A DNA stretch of 64,000 nt from Monocercomonoides exilis PA203 (GCA_001643675.2 LSRY02000002.1:2567572-2631571); one strand, 5' to 3'. Numbered from the stretch's first letter, positions 22,406-36,500 are shown. Translations and numbers: made by a program. The notes: generated by a model not told the origin, from the sequence alone.

Positions 22406-23551
22406 CACCATTTATTATTTAAATTTGGTAAACTTATAATTCGAAATTGGTAAACTTCTTATTCATAACTAATAAAATTGAGTATTTTTTAGAAAAAATT
22501 TTTTTGCATAAAGCCTTCCATTGATTGAGTGTCGAAAAGTGATTAAAATATTGGTGATTATTTTTGAAATCATAACTTTTTTCGGGGTGTTGATTATATG
22601 AAAATTCATTATCATTTGCTGAATAATTGTCATTTAAACATTGAAAGTTTATCATTCGTTTCAAAAGCCAAAGTTTGACAAATAATTGAAGCTGCATCAT
22701 AAAAAATAAATCAATTTCTTTTCATATTTGAGAATAAGATATGAAATTTTTGATTTTTCAGAAAAAAGTCATCACGATGGAAATCGGATAATTTTCAAAT
22801 GAATTAACCTCACATTGTTTGATTAAACATAATTCAATCAAAAAATAATATTTGCATCAATACAAGATCATGAAATCATTAATTTTACACAATCAAATAA
22901 ATCTATAAAAGAATTTTCATTTTTTTTTATTTTTTTATCGATCTTTTGAATATATTTAAATGAAAATAAAATATTATGCTTGAATAATGTTTAATCAAAC
23001 AATGTGAGGTTAATTCATTTGAAAATTATCCGATTTCCATCGTGATGACTTTTTTCTGAAAAATCAAAAAATTTCATATTTATTCTCAAATAATAAAAAC
23101 CGGGGTTCAATTTCTCATCTGTATTTTGAATGTTGATTGAATATGATATGTGTGATTATTTTCGAAATCATATTTTTTCTGTCAAAAATTTCGGTTCGAA
23201 AATTTGAAAAGAATATTCATAAATGGACCATGAAAAGAAATTGATTTATTTTTTATGATGCAGCTTCAATTATTTCAAGTCAAACTTTGGCTTTTGAAAC
23301 GAATGATAAACTTTCAATGTTTAAATGACAATTATTCAGCAAATGATAATGAATTTTCATATAATCAACACCCCGAAAAAAGTTATGATTTCAAAAATAA
23401 TCACCAATATTTTAATCACTTTTCGACACTCAATCAATGGAAGGCTTTATGCAAAAAAATTTTTTCTAAAAAATACTCAATTTTATTAGTTATGAATAAG
23501 AAGTTTACCAATTTCGAATTATAAGTTTACCAAATTTGAATAATAAATGGT
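22406..23551. repeat. 1.15-kb foldback element: arm 22406-22836 pairs with 22980-23091 plus 23230-23551, with ~137 bp present only in the right arm
   Basis: Near-identical mirror ORFs at 22434-22700(-) and 23255-23524(+). An inner pair, gatttttcagaaaaaagtcatcacgatgg / ccatcgtgatgacttttttctgaaaaatc, extends the symmetry. Confidence 0.92.
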
Positions 23552-24308
23552 TTCGTTTTTGATATTTTGTTTTTCCTTTCTTTATTTTCCGTTCGGAAAA
23601 TTTTTATGATTATCTACGTAATAACACTGTAAAGTTTGAAGGCTTATTCAATATGTCTTCATTTTTATTTTGGCTTTTTCATTTGTTAAAAAAACAGTTG
23701 TAATGAATATTTGCATTTGAGCACAAAATATTTTCCCAATGACGAACTTCCTTCGAAAAATCAACATTCCGAAAAAAGTTATGATAATCAAAAAATCGCC
23801 AGTATTAAAGATAATCGCATATATGCAAAATGCTTAAATTCAAATTGATTTTTTGAAACTTTGTAAAGTTGTCTTCACGATAAAGAATTAATTTAACAAA
23901 AAATTTTCAAAAAATCAATATTTAATTTTTTTTGATACTTCACAATCATTTCCCAAGACAAATTGAACGAAAAATGAAACAGTGAATAAAAAATACACAG
24001 AATTAATTTTTGTTTTATCAAAATTTCAATTTTTTTTATTGACTGGATGAAATATTCATTAACGAAAAAGTGATTCCGTTAATTTGTAATTTGAATTACA
24101 ATGGAAATGAATAAATTCTTTGACAAATGAATTATTTCGATATTTTAATCAAAAAAATTATTTAATAAAAATGAATAATGGGTATGAGAACCATTTTTGA
24201 TAGCGTCTTATTGAAGTCGGCTATTAATTTCTTTTTTGTGGTTAATAAACAGTTTTTACTTTTGAAAAATATTTCATTTCTTAAAATTTTGAGTTTATAT
24301 CACCAACT

Positions 24309-25832
24309 ATGCTAACTCCTGACAATATTCCATCATGGTATTATTTTTCGTATTTCCTTTGCGAAAGTCATGCATCCCCAGTAAATCATGAGAAAGATTT
24401 ATTAACTTTATGGAAACGAACATCTCTTTATTTGTCAAACATTTTACCGGACAATGAGCAAAGATATTTATCTTATGTGAAGAGTTTGTATATTTATTTG
24501 CAGCTTGACGAGGAAGGTCTATTGATGGGACTGATTGTTTTCCAACGCTATCTAAAACAAGTTGGAGTTTCAGCGTTGATGGATTGCGATGCAGTTATGT
24601 TTTATGTATTTGTTATATCAATGATTATTGGGATGAAAAGTGTTTCGGATTATCGACTAGATGGAGCAAGGCTCATCGAGGGATTAAAACTTGACGCAAA
24701 ACAACTTGCACAAAACGAAAGCAGCATGCTGCGCGCATTGAATTTTTCATTATTTTTTGATGAAAACGATCTCGGGGATTTGGTTGTAGTTTTTCCGTTG
24801 GAAGGTTGGTTGTGTTTACCTTACTCAAGAACGAAAGTTAGTGCATTCGAGCAGCAAGTATTATTCGGATATAACAAGTATATGAAGTTATTTACTTCAC
24901 CCGAACCATTATTATCAGGCCCTGAACAATTTTGCAGAGAAAAGACATCATTTAGCACAAAAACAATTACACAGTCCAAAAATTCATATGACTCCGATGG
25001 CACAGATTGTAGCGTGAAGGCACAACCTATTAAAATGTTGCCCAACAATTTTGATTCTCAAAGAAGCATAGATATTAATTCATCTTGCAATTATCAAGAC
25101 ACACTTGATTCAAGCACAAATTTGTTGTCTGAACAACACATAGGCGGATCTAAATCAGAGCCATTGAACACCAAACATAGTGCGATTGAAGCATTTTCAT
25201 TTGAAAGATCATCTTCAGTCTCGGAAATGATGTCAAATTTCACCGAACCGAAAAGCGAATCTATGACTGTAGAGAAAAGAAATCATGTCGATAAAGGAAT
25301 GAGTGATTTTCCTTTTCCTATCCAGCAATCTCCTATGATGCTTCAACAAAACTGCAGCTCTGCAACTTTAAATAGCTCATGCAATTCGCTGTACCCAGTC
25401 TTTGGAAAGTCAGAAAACTATATTAACGAAACAAATTTTTATCCAAGACATCAACTGAATCCGCTTCCTAATAAACAACCAGAACAACTTTTGGAAACTA
25501 CTGATCAAAAATTAAATAAAAGTTGTTCTCCTTTTGTTGATGAATTGAGCCAACCTGCTTTGCAACCAAGAGAAGATATCATGAAATCTGCTTCAGTTGT
25601 CAAGTCTTTGTCTGCTTTTACTACACAAGCCTCCTCTGGAACGTTGCAACAATCTACTACAGTATTGCTTCCACCACCACCACCCCCACCAGTGCATTTG
25701 ATGATGACGATGCTACTCACATTTACTATTGCGCCGAGTGGAAGTAGTGTGGTTTATGATCCAAGTAGCATTTGCTTCAATCAATTCATTCCATCAGTTT
25801 GGCCCTTGCCATTGCCCTTGCCAATGATGTAA
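24309..25832 (+). CDS. Cyclin-domain protein (Pho80/P-type-like N-terminal cyclin box, long disordered Ser/Gln/Pro tail)
   Basis: LLMGLIVFQRY...FVISMIIGMKSVSDY...LAQNESSMLRALNFSLF matches the cyclin box helices (the K..D and E...L..L.F.L motifs). Confidence 0.7.
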   Translation: MLTPDNIPSWYYFSYFLCESHASPVNHEKDLLTLWKRTSLYLSNILPDNEQRYLSYVKSLYIYLQLDEEGLLMGLIVFQRYLKQVGVSALMDCDAVMFYVFVISMIIGMKSVSDYRLDGARLIEGLKLDAKQLAQNESSMLRALNFSLFFDENDLGDLVVVFPLEGWLCLPYSRTKVSAFEQQVLFGYNKYMKLFTSPEPLLSGPEQFCREKTSFSTKTITQSKNSYDSDGTDCSVKAQPIKMLPNNFDSQRSIDINSSCNYQDTLDSSTNLLSEQHIGGSKSEPLNTKHSAIEAFSFERSSSVSEMMSNFTEPKSESMTVEKRNHVDKGMSDFPFPIQQSPMMLQQNCSSATLNSSCNSLYPVFGKSENYINETNFYPRHQLNPLPNKQPEQLLETTDQKLNKSCSPFVDELSQPALQPREDIMKSASVVKSLSAFTTQASSGTLQQSTTVLLPPPPPPPVHLMMTMLLTFTIAPSGSSVVYDPSSICFNQFIPSVWPLPLPLPMM

Positions 25833-28800
25833 TTGAGCCAAAAAAAAAAAAAAAGAAGAAGAGAGGAAGAAAAAAGTTGTGAAGAGTCTTTGATATGAGG
25901 TTTTGTCCTCAAAGAATTACAAGTAATTTGAGTTCACAAAATTCTTCTTCAATTATTGAGGGGCATTAGAACACTGAAAATGCGTTCAAATGCTGAAAAT
26001 CTGTTTGTTGTTTTATAATATTTCTCATCATTCGACTCTCCTGCTCATCTGTAACTCTTTCAACTTCTGAAAAATTCTGCTATTTTCTTTTCTGTGTCGA
26101 CTTTATCAACATTTCATTTTCGTCGATTTCCGACGATTATCACGCTTTATTATCAACTGTATACACTTCGAAATATGTGGCCATAGCTTGTTTCATAAAT
26201 TATCGACACCACTGTATTATTTTGTTAACATGATTGAATGATTGGGTGCAAGTCTATATTTCGCAATGACATTTTAATTTATTTTTACAAAACTCTGCAG
26301 TAAAACCATCTGTTCTACTTTTGAGGTCAACGTTTTCTTTTGAAAGCTTTTTATTTGATTGTTTTAGAACAATATGATTCTCATCTATTGTCTTGAAAAG
26401 TTCAATGGAAACCCATATTAACAGTTCTTGTTAGTTATCTTCATGCTATTTTTGGAATTGTATTATGAATGCAATTAAGTTTGTAAGCATTTGTGAGTCT
26501 TTATTTTTTTCGTAGTTGTGATTTATTTGCTGCTATTCTATAGTCATCTTCAGAATCATCTATATTCTTTTTGTAATAACTATTTTGCCTTTTAATGGAG
26601 CAGCTGACAAGCTTCTATTTAAATCGACAAGCGCCGCTCTTTATCTGTAACTTGTTTCACTACTTCCTTCGAAATTAGAGTGATTAGTCATTTTTTCAAT
26701 TACTCTTCTCTGTCTTTTGGATGTATCATTTTAATTGAAAAATTACGAGATTGTGTCCTCCAACTGATTATGCCTTTGGAACTCAAGCGATAAGCTTGAG
26801 TGTTCTTTTTCATATCTAAGCTATTTATGTTTCATTACCTTGTTGACTTCAATTGCATTGGACCACCGTTGATCACCAGTTTGTATATTTGCAGCACAAT
26901 TTACATTCTATCGTCGAAGCTTTCTCAGGGCACAGTTAATAATGCCATTTATTTTTGACATTTTTTGCTAACACCTTATCTTTGAAAGCAAAGATCAAAG
27001 AAGCTTATTTTATCTGCTTTCTACCACTGGGCGTTGCAATAAAGCTATTTACTAACTTTATCCACAAAAGAAGTTACAATTTACAACCTGAATAATAATT
27101 TGGAAAGGGATTTATTCTGCGATGGTTCTTAGGCAATATTGATTTTTCCTGAAATGAGAAGTTCATTCAGAATGAAACGAATTAATCAACCAAAGAATAG
27201 AAAGTTTTCAGAGGATTTTATATAATATACAAATACAAAGAGGAAATGACTATTTTTTGGGTTAATTCGATCGATCTTTTATACAACCTGTTTATTTTCG
27301 GAGCTAATTTTTAAGCGAAGCAATGATTTAATTCCATATGGAGAATACATTCAAACCAAAAACAACAAAGACATAGAAGCAAATGGGAATTTAAAGTTAC
27401 TACAATCAAAATTGCCTTTGAAAGTCAATTAACATTGAATATTTTCAGTTAAACAGTTGAATACAATGTAGACAAAGAGTATTTGAATTAATGTCAATAT
27501 TCTTTTGTGACTCTGAAGATTAGCAGAAGATTTTTTTTGTTGTTTTTGTTTTCTTGTGAAAATAACGCGATTTCATGTTAAATACTTATCAACTTCATTG
27601 AAAATTTTAATGTTTTTCTTTTTTCTTTATTTTAACGAGACACCCATGCTTTATTCGAAGTGTTTGTAACTGTCAATGTTGAAATATTTGCCCAATTGTT
27701 CAATTGTTTTCTTTTCTTTTCTTTTCTTTTTTAAATTTCAATTTTTACTGTTTTTGTGATATGGCTTTTGCTCAGCAATATTTAATTTTGATTTTAATTT
27801 TGAACAAATTTAGTGTTTTTCATTTTATTTCTCCGAATATTCTTTCTTTGAATTTATCATTGCATTAAAGAGATATTTTTTTGGATTCTGTTTCTGTGAG
27901 GTATTATTTATTTATCTTGTTCTCCTCTTAGAATAACGAAAAATTGCGTATCCTTATTAAATGCTTGCATTCCTGCCATTTTTTTCCTTTTTAAATGTTG
28001 ATGATAGTTTTTTCCATTTTAATTTGCAATTGGTGATTATTCTTGAAATCTTTAAGTTTTCATTATTAGTTTTTTTTTCCTTTTCCTTTTTCTGTGAATT
28101 TTTCTTCGCTAAAAATTAAAATCATAAAGAAGAAAATTCGAATGTTCAAAATCTTTGTATTCCATGTGAATCTTTTAACATTTTTTACTGAAGTATTTTC
28201 GGTGTTATTTTATCTTTATAAATTGTTGATTTATTATTTAACCTGTCTTCAATCTTTTTATTTTTATTTTTATTTTTTTTCTTTGATTACTTTGTAAAAC
28301 TTTTGATTTGTGGATTGCTTTTGACATTTTGTTTTGTTCTTTTATTCTTTTTATTTGCTTATTTTTGAATTTATTTTTGTTGTTTTATTTATTCTAAAAG
28401 TCTGCTGACTTTGATTATTTCAGTCAAAGCAACAGTTTTAACTAATTAACATTTTTCTTGTTTTGTTAGGTTTTTGTTTTCTTTTTAATTTGTCTCAAAC
28501 TTTGCTTGTTTCTGAAAACTTCAAATTGACTAAATTATTAATGGATAGTCAACATCTGAAAGAACAATAAAGAATATGTTGAATTTTATTCTTTTTGAAA
28601 CAGATCAATAAAATTTCCACTCCCCTTCTTTCGTATTAATGTCTTTTTTGTTTGTTTGTTTGCTTATTTGCTTTTTAAATTTTGTTAATTTCTACAAACA
28701 ATATTTTAACTGATATATTTTTATTTGAAATATTTCTGTTATTGATGATCAACATCTTCAAGCTTACAAAAGCGGTTCAAAATTTTGTATGCTCACATCG

Positions 28801-29073
28801 TTTTTTTAAATAAAAACAAGATTTCAAAAAAACGAAGTTATTTTTTTATAAGTTTAAGAAGAAATTAGCGATCCACAATTGCACCTTTTTGTGATTCAAA
28901 AATGAAATAACACTTTTTCACTCTTTTATACCATTTCTTCAAATTTCTTTTTAATTAATCGCAAACCATCTTAACAACACTTTATTCGGATTTTGCATTC
29001 TACGAATTAATTATTGCTAAAAAAAAAGAATCATTCAAACATAAATGAAATCTTGTTTATTTTATATTTTTTC

Positions 29074-31970
29074 TTATGAATATTGATTTTGAAAATTAAC
29101 AAATACAGGTTGAGGAGCGAGAAGACTTTGAGGCTGATGAAAATCTTCAAACATTGTCTGTTCCGAAGATGTGGATGATGTTGAGGAAGATGATACAATT
29201 GGAGGAGTGAAAATAGAAGATGAAGGCATTGAAGAAGAAGGGACAGATGAATTTTGAAATGTGTATGTTGATGAATTTAAAATTGCATTTGAAGAAGAAG
29301 AAGAACTGATTGAAGGAAAAGAAAGCGAAGCAGAAAAAGGATGCGATGAAGATGACGCTAACGATGCTTCTGCTGACTCCATTGAAGAGGTTGCTGCTGG
29401 CTCTTGGGGGTGATGCTCAAATTCATTTGTATGATGCGAGCCAAACGAATGTGCAATATCAGACTGCACACATTCATCCTCTCCCTCTTCATCGCTCATG
29501 GATTCCATTTCTTCATCACTTTGCTCCTCTTCAAGAAGATCCAAATACACTTTTGTGATTATGCGCGACTCTTTTCGAATGCTTTTCGAATGTTCTTTTG
29601 AATGGCAGAAGTCGCGTATTATGACCGGTGCAGCTGTTGTGTCGAGTTCTGCTAGCATGCGATTGTAGCGATAAGATCTGAACTTCTCCTTAAATTTGGC
29701 TAGTGAAAGAGACGTTGAAGATTCTTCTGGAGAAAGCGAGCACATCGACGATTGAGCAGGCGAAGAACTATTTTGCGATGCAGTAGAAGATGAGAAAACA
29801 GACTGACATTCAGAATTAGCTGGCATCGATTCCAGTGGATCAACAAATGTGAGAATGCGTTTTGTTTGGAGGGATTTCGCAGCTTCGTCGCTCAACGGAG
29901 AGGTCAAGATGCCTTCTTCTATATAACCAAGTTCCTGCTCCCCAAAACAAAGTAGCCTGTGTATCTGCTTTAGCAGCAATTCCACATAATCATCATCGCG
30001 AACAGGCAAATAAGCACACAAAATAGTCATGACGCCTCGATTGGCAACCTCCTGCTTCAGTGCCGGAGGAGAACAAAGAACATTCCCTATCAGCTGCAAC
30101 GCTTCTATCCGCGTATCACGTGGCTGGGAGCTGTCACTAAGGACTTTCACAGCGCTGTCTAATCCACCTTCCACAACAACAGTTGCCGTGTTCGGATTTT
30201 CATCGCCAGCAATGTTGCTTAATACCCACATTGCTTTGAATGCAATGCCAGCAAAGCTATGCTTGCTCAAAGAGACCAAAGGAGGAACTCCGCCCAACCT
30301 CACAATAGCCTTTTTAAATAGTAACAACATTTTTAAAAGAACGAACATTTTTGTTTAAAGAATAGAAAGATTCAAAATAACGTGTAATGAACATATTCAA
30401 AACGAAAGAAAAAAATTAATTAAAAAAAAATTCAAGCAACATATAGAATACACATACAGTCGCAGCACCTTCAACATAATTCACGCATTGCCCAAGCAAA
30501 GAAAGCGATACCATTGTTGTTGATGAAGGAACTTGTTTAATTTCTTTTATGATTCTCGGTAAAAAGTTGTTATCAGAAAGAAATGCCTACAAATTGTGTA
30601 AATGAAAAATTTTAACAATAAATGAAAACATTTAAAATACTTACAAAGACAATTAAAATAAAACAAAAAAATTAAATAATAATTGAAAAACTTTGCAATG
30701 AATTACATAATCACAAAAATTCTTATTAAAAAAGCATCAAATTTCAAACATTTAATAACTGAGTATTCTTTGATGATACAGTTTCGAGTGTTCGAAGGCA
30801 ATCGTATTGCACCTCTTTTAAAGAACAGTTAATATTTGCAATACAAAATGGTAAGAATTCTTGGAGCTCTTTAGCTTCTGGCGTTGTCTCTGCAACGTTT
30901 GCCAAAAAAAAAATTATTCTTTCCAGAACATCCTCCGATAGTAATGGTTGTTGAAGGGCTGTCATTTCCACTTGGACTCCAGTCAAAGATAAAGAAGGAA
31001 AAAAAATCGAACCGACAGAATTCAAAACATCCTCATTTTGACTTTTAAGAGAAGATGATTGCAAAGTTTCTTGTTGAAAGTCCATTGGAAAAGAAGACTG
31101 TTGTGTTAGAATTGAAGATGAATGATAAGTTGATATAGCCAAAGATAATTGCACAGATTTTAAAAAAGATATCGCTTTTTGTGGAAGTCCAAGAGTTAAA
31201 AAATAATTTGAAATATCTTCATTTTTTGCTACAAAATTTGCAAGCAGCCAATAAGAAAGATTTCTTAAGTTTCCTTCTGGAGAGTCTAAAAAATTCACAA
31301 TTACTGGAAATAGATCAGAATACACCAGTTTAATCACCTGGTCCTTTGTTGCTTTCGCTCCTATTTTTTGTTTTTGAATCAGTGAAAAATTTTTTTCTTT
31401 GAATATTCGAAATAAATTAACAAACCCAAATTAGACAAAAGCCAAAGGGAATTAAATTTAACATTTGCAGAACAATCATTGGTGAGAAGTTTCACAAAAT
31501 TGGCTCGAAAATCATAGTCAAATAATGTTTTTATAGTATTTCTAGATTCTATATGAAAATTCAATAAATAAAACAAAAAGAAAACGGTGATACTTTTTGA
31601 AATCAATTTCCTTATAGCCTTTATTGCCGCAATAACATCAGTCTCGTTATTCGAGTCGATTTGTTCTAAAAGTTGTGGAATTGACACTTTCTAAAAAAAT
31701 AAAAAATTAACAATATAAAATTTAAAATATTATTAATACATCATTTCATACAAATGCATTAAATTCCGAGATGTCTTCCTCTGTACTTTTAATTTTACGT
31801 CTGCTTGAAAGCAAGGAAATTCTAGTATTATCTCTAATTGTTAAAGACTCATCTTTTCGAAAACTGTGAATCTCATCTTCATCTTTAGATTTATCATAAT
31901 CCTTAAATCTATTCGCAGCTCGTAATTCTTGGCTTAAAAAAACAGAGCAACCCTTGGAATGCTCTGACAT
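29074..31970 (-). CDS. Divergent importin-alpha (karyopherin alpha)-like ARM-repeat protein, six exons
   Basis: Exons 31970-31752, 31690-31594, 31548-31426, 31360-30750, 30586-30458 and 30309-29074 join in frame at GT..AG introns. IBB-like N-terminus, AIRKLIS, and ARM motifs WLLSNLG, WLLANF and WVLSNIAGD. Confidence 0.8.
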
Positions 31971-32199
31971 TTATTTTCCTTCTTGGAATTAAGGGTAGCT
32001 GATCATTTCAATTTTTTATTTCCAAACACAATATACAATGCATTCCGCAAATGAAATGAAATTTAATATAAAAATTTATTCAAAAGAGCGATTGATATTT
32101 TTATTATTTTAATCATAAGTGAAAACCATCAGAATTGGTAATAAAGAACAAGAATATTAATTTCAGAAAATTTTGAAACATAATAATCTTATTCAAAGG

Positions 32200-35100
32200 A
32201 AAAATCCACATGACAAAACTATATTCTCTTTTGAGCTTCATTCTCGAAGCTAAAGCCTTTTTGTTCGTTGAAGGCAAAGATTTACATTTCTTTATCCAAA
32301 AAATTGTGAAATAAAAATTTGTTTTTCATTTTGTCAGTTTTTCTTTTCATGCAAAATGAAAATCTTGATGGCTTTTGAAGAATAGACATCAGCAATGTGA
32401 AAGAGAGGCATTTGTTTATGCATGAATGAATATTCAAAGCTTATTCATAGGTATTGTTTTGGCAATAATGCAAAAAATGTTGCTGTTTATTTGTTTGATG
32501 CTCAAATAAAAAATATCATTGAATGAGAAAGGATGATGATAAAGGACATGAAGTTTCATTAAGGTCATGAAAACGAAAATTAAAGGAAACAAGACGAAAG
32601 GAAAAGAAAAATTGCACATTTCACTAAGTTAATATTTGTTGATTAAGCCGTTTTCAATTTTCACAAAAGAGTCACAGAACGAAGAAACAGAAGTGAACAT
32701 TCAAATTTTGAAAGCCGTCTGTGTGAAGGTTACATCAACGTAAAAAAAATATCACTTTTTTAGCAGTGAACTGTGCATGATGGAATCTTGTTGAGATGAT
32801 AAAAAAATCAGATTTCACCAGCTCCCCTCATAATGACACAATTAATGTATCAGTCATCTTGGCAGTTCCTGTAATGCTGAAGGTACGATGAAAGAAGTTT
32901 GGAATAAGTTTTTGTGAATGAGATGTCTTTTTGGAGAGTCAAAATATGAAAATCGCTAAATCAAAAAGGATGCATCGAACAAAATATTAAAGGATGCTGG
33001 TGGAAATGTGGCAAAATGATTTTTCTGAGAAAATTTTGATGATAATGAATATAGAACAATAATGAAAATCTTTTTGATTTGCTGCATGAAGAATTTGTTT
33101 GATAAATAAACATCTTTGCGGGATTAAGTGTGTAAAAGCACAAACCAAAAAACAGAAAGGAAAGTCAATTTTGTCTGGGAACTTCAATTTCTTATCAATT
33201 GTGCCCCACACATCCGCAACTTGTGAACGTCATTTTCTATGCTGACCAGAAAGAAAATAATATCTCATACAAAATATTGATCTCCGAATGCAAAATGATT
33301 TGTGAAATGGAAAGTGGAAAGAGAAAACGATTAACAGATAGAAGGATTTTCACTGTTTGTCCACTTTTGTGTATTCAATAAAAGTGTACCATCTTTTTGA
33401 TGTCAAACTTCTTCCTTTCACACCAATTGTAATGAAAATCGAATACTGTTGGATGCAGAAGTCATCGATTTGCCAATCCTGTTCAATCGAAATTATTCAG
33501 GATATTTGATTTCAGTTCTTTCTTTTTGGAAAGGCTGAGTTTTTGAACAATTGGATTCGAAACTTTGTTCTTTTCACTTTTTCTCATTCACTCTTATCCA
33601 ACATTTACAACAACGGATTCGCGAAAGGAAAATGAGATTCAATATGATGATATAAATATTGATCAAGGAGATGTTAAGTGCATTGGCTCCAATGTTGATG
33701 AAAACTCTTGATGAAACGGGATTTGAAGATGAGTCAAATACATTTCCATGTGTTTATCGTTTCATTCAGATGATGTGACCGATCCTGAATGTTCTGCATT
33801 TTTGGCGCGTTAAAAAACAACTTGACCATTTTTCATCTCAAAAGCGTGGTACTTATTCATGCCAAATACAATAGAATGCTTCTTCTCCTGAACTGAAGAC
33901 AATCTAACATCAAAAAAATATGTTGAGACAAAAACTGAAACAAATACTTGTGTCGAATGTTTCGGAAAAGATTCCTTTGTTTCTGAAAATGCTTTGGATT
34001 CCGCTTATAGACTTTATTCATTCAGCTTTCGACCAGCTTTCTTTTCAACACATGCAACCATCGATGCAAAAAACATTTTCCTCCTTCGTTTTGTATTTTT
34101 TGTTTTTGAAATTTTTAGTAATTTTTTTTTCGTTAATTTGCTCGTTATTGTTTATTCTTCTGACTTTGATCATCCGTTTTTTTTCGCAGATAAAACAAAT
34201 AGATGCTTTGATAATCAAGAAGAAACTCTATCTGATTATGAACAATATTCTGCAAAGATTTAAAACGAGACTCCTCAATGGATGCAGATGGTGAAATTCA
34301 CTGTATCACAAAAGACGTTAAAAGATGAAAATCAACAATCTGTGGAAGATGAGAGAAGCCGAACAGTAAGTGACATCAAACGTTCTGGAGATAAATGCAT
34401 TGATGTGAGAAATGTTGAATCCAGCAAATTTTTTTATGTTCTCCTTTCATATTCGTTATGTTGATAATTCAGTAATCATTTGAGGCATTTGCGATAGAAA
34501 ATCCGAGATTTATTTTGCCGATGGTGCTTCAAGAGATAATTCCATCCTTTTATTCTTGTGAATCAAGTGAGTCAAAACATCTATGTGCGAATTCTTGATT
34601 TTCTGTTTCATCGTGGTTGAACACCGAAAAGAGAACGTTCAATAGCGGGAAATGGTTATCCATTGATCAAGAAAGAACTTTCAGACGTTGTGAGATGGAG
34701 GATATCCTTATTTTGATTTCAGAAGAAATAACACTGAAGAAAGAGGGGATTTTGTGCCAGAACGATGGTGAAGAAGTGTTGTGTGGATTTGACGCACCAA
34801 TTGACTCTTCATCTGTGTCATCATTCTCGATTAATGATGATGATCTGAATTCGACTCTAAAATGCGCTCAGTTTATTATTGGACAAAAATGAGTTCAAAA
34901 ATGATGCCGGAGATGAAGCTTCAGAGGAGCTACAGTGGTTCATGCATCTGATTCACTAACTCCAATAAAAGTTCTGTCGAAAGCTGTTTTTTCTTTTGTC
35001 TTGACTTGATTGTCAGTTGAAGTCTTTCAAGATACAACTGCTGTTTCATTGTTTTTTCTATGCTTATTATAATTATTTCACCAAACGTCCCAATAGATGC

Positions 35101-36500
35101 GCCTCAACCTGAAGATAGCATCAAGCCTTTCTTCAATTGAGACTGTTTAGTATCCATATTGAGATAAACGACGAACTCCTTTCAAAAGCTTTTGACAATA
35201 TTTTATCCCAAAAGATATTTCAAACTTTTTTCAATTCTCATTCTCAAAATGGAGTCATCTTTTTTCTCCACTTGACATTTTTTTATCCAACATCAATGAC
35301 TACACTCCTCTTCTCTTGTTTGCAATTATTTCTTGTTTTGCTAATGCAAAATATTATTGACACATCTTCTGAAGTGCCTTCTGACATAATCCTCATAAAC
35401 ATATTCATTCGGATGTGATTGCAAAGCTCGCTAAACGAGGATGTTAATATTTTGTGAAATTAATGTGGAACGCTGAAGCAGAAAACTGCAATCACTTGGA
35501 AGAAGAGAAAATAAAAATGAAGAAAAAGCTGGATGAAGACTTGATATTCTGTTCTGTGATCGCATGAATAGGCAATAATGTTTTGCAGCGGAACATCTGA
35601 AATTGAATTTGACTTGGATGCAGAGGGGCATCAGAGGGGCTACCTGAAATGCAAATGATAGAGCAACCAAAACCCGTTGATTTCATATGATTGTTCAGAA
35701 ATTGGGAATAAAAGAGTTATATGGAATAGCGAGAAGAAGATGAAAAACAACATTCAGAGTACCACATTTCAGACCAGGGCATATGAATTCTGTTTGGATT
35801 CAGTCGCTTGTGAATGTTCTTGTGCGGTAGAACGAATCAATTAATTCTTCTTGGAAAACTGAAGGACTGAAGGTAAAATTTGCAACTGATCACACGCTTG
35901 TTGCAGCTTCAAATCAAGGACACTATTACATCCTGATAAACGGGGGAAGGACAACAGCTCCTCTTACCATGCTGGAACGAAAGAAGAAAAAGATCTTCTT
36001 GTCAGCATCATCAATCGATCAAGGCACCTCGAAATCGATCAAGAAAGAAAAAAGATTGGCGAATCCTTCATTTCTATCATCATCCAAAAAGCAATAAAAT
36101 TTCTCATAAAGATTGCAGCAAGCGCGAAGATGAATAGAGTCAAAAGGTGCAGAGAAAGACTTGTGGGAGTGAAAACTCGGAAGGAAAGAAGGAAAATTTG
36201 GAGAGAAAGATAATGGGCTGATTCAAGAATAATCCCAGCACATCTTGTCACTGAGCCTTCGCAAAAATACAGTCTATTTCCGCTGCTTGCGAAATATGTT
36301 TATGGGGTGAGTCAGATTTCGAGAAATTGGAGCAAACTCATCCACAACGTATTTCTTCGGTATGCAATGCAAAGTCTGAGTCTGCACTTCAAGATGACAG
36401 CGATGGAATGGATCATAAACCAGTTAACGTTGCGCATGCGACAAAGGATTTCTTCTTCAATGGAATCTGCAGCAGATAATTTCAGAGGAACGTAATCTAA
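32200..36500 (+). pseudogene. Probable decayed paralogue of the giant surface-protein family
   Basis: Coding-like composition with no long ORF. Fragments echo family motifs: gaaggattttcactgttt...cacaccaattgtaatgaaaatcga near 33340-33440 (compare GLSLF..VHNSSFENNR), EVLCGFD near 34775, and ataattccatccttttattc near 34536. Boundaries are approximate. Confidence 0.45.

Noticed and set aside
22570-22580. TCATAACTT shared between the foldback and the spacer type-B repeat
   Set aside because: Only 9 bp of AT-rich identity, with unrelated flanks.
22434-23524. Twin 88/89-aa ORFs on opposite strands
   Set aside because: They are mirror images produced by the inverted repeat; AT-rich, with no recognisable protein features.
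25833-25860. A-run just after the cyclin stop codon, suggesting a retrogene
   Set aside because: A-runs are common in this AT-rich DNA, and no target-site duplication is visible.
25900-27500. Coding-like decayed sequence on the minus strand
   Set aside because: Frequent stops and no recognisable family; cannot be supported without a search.
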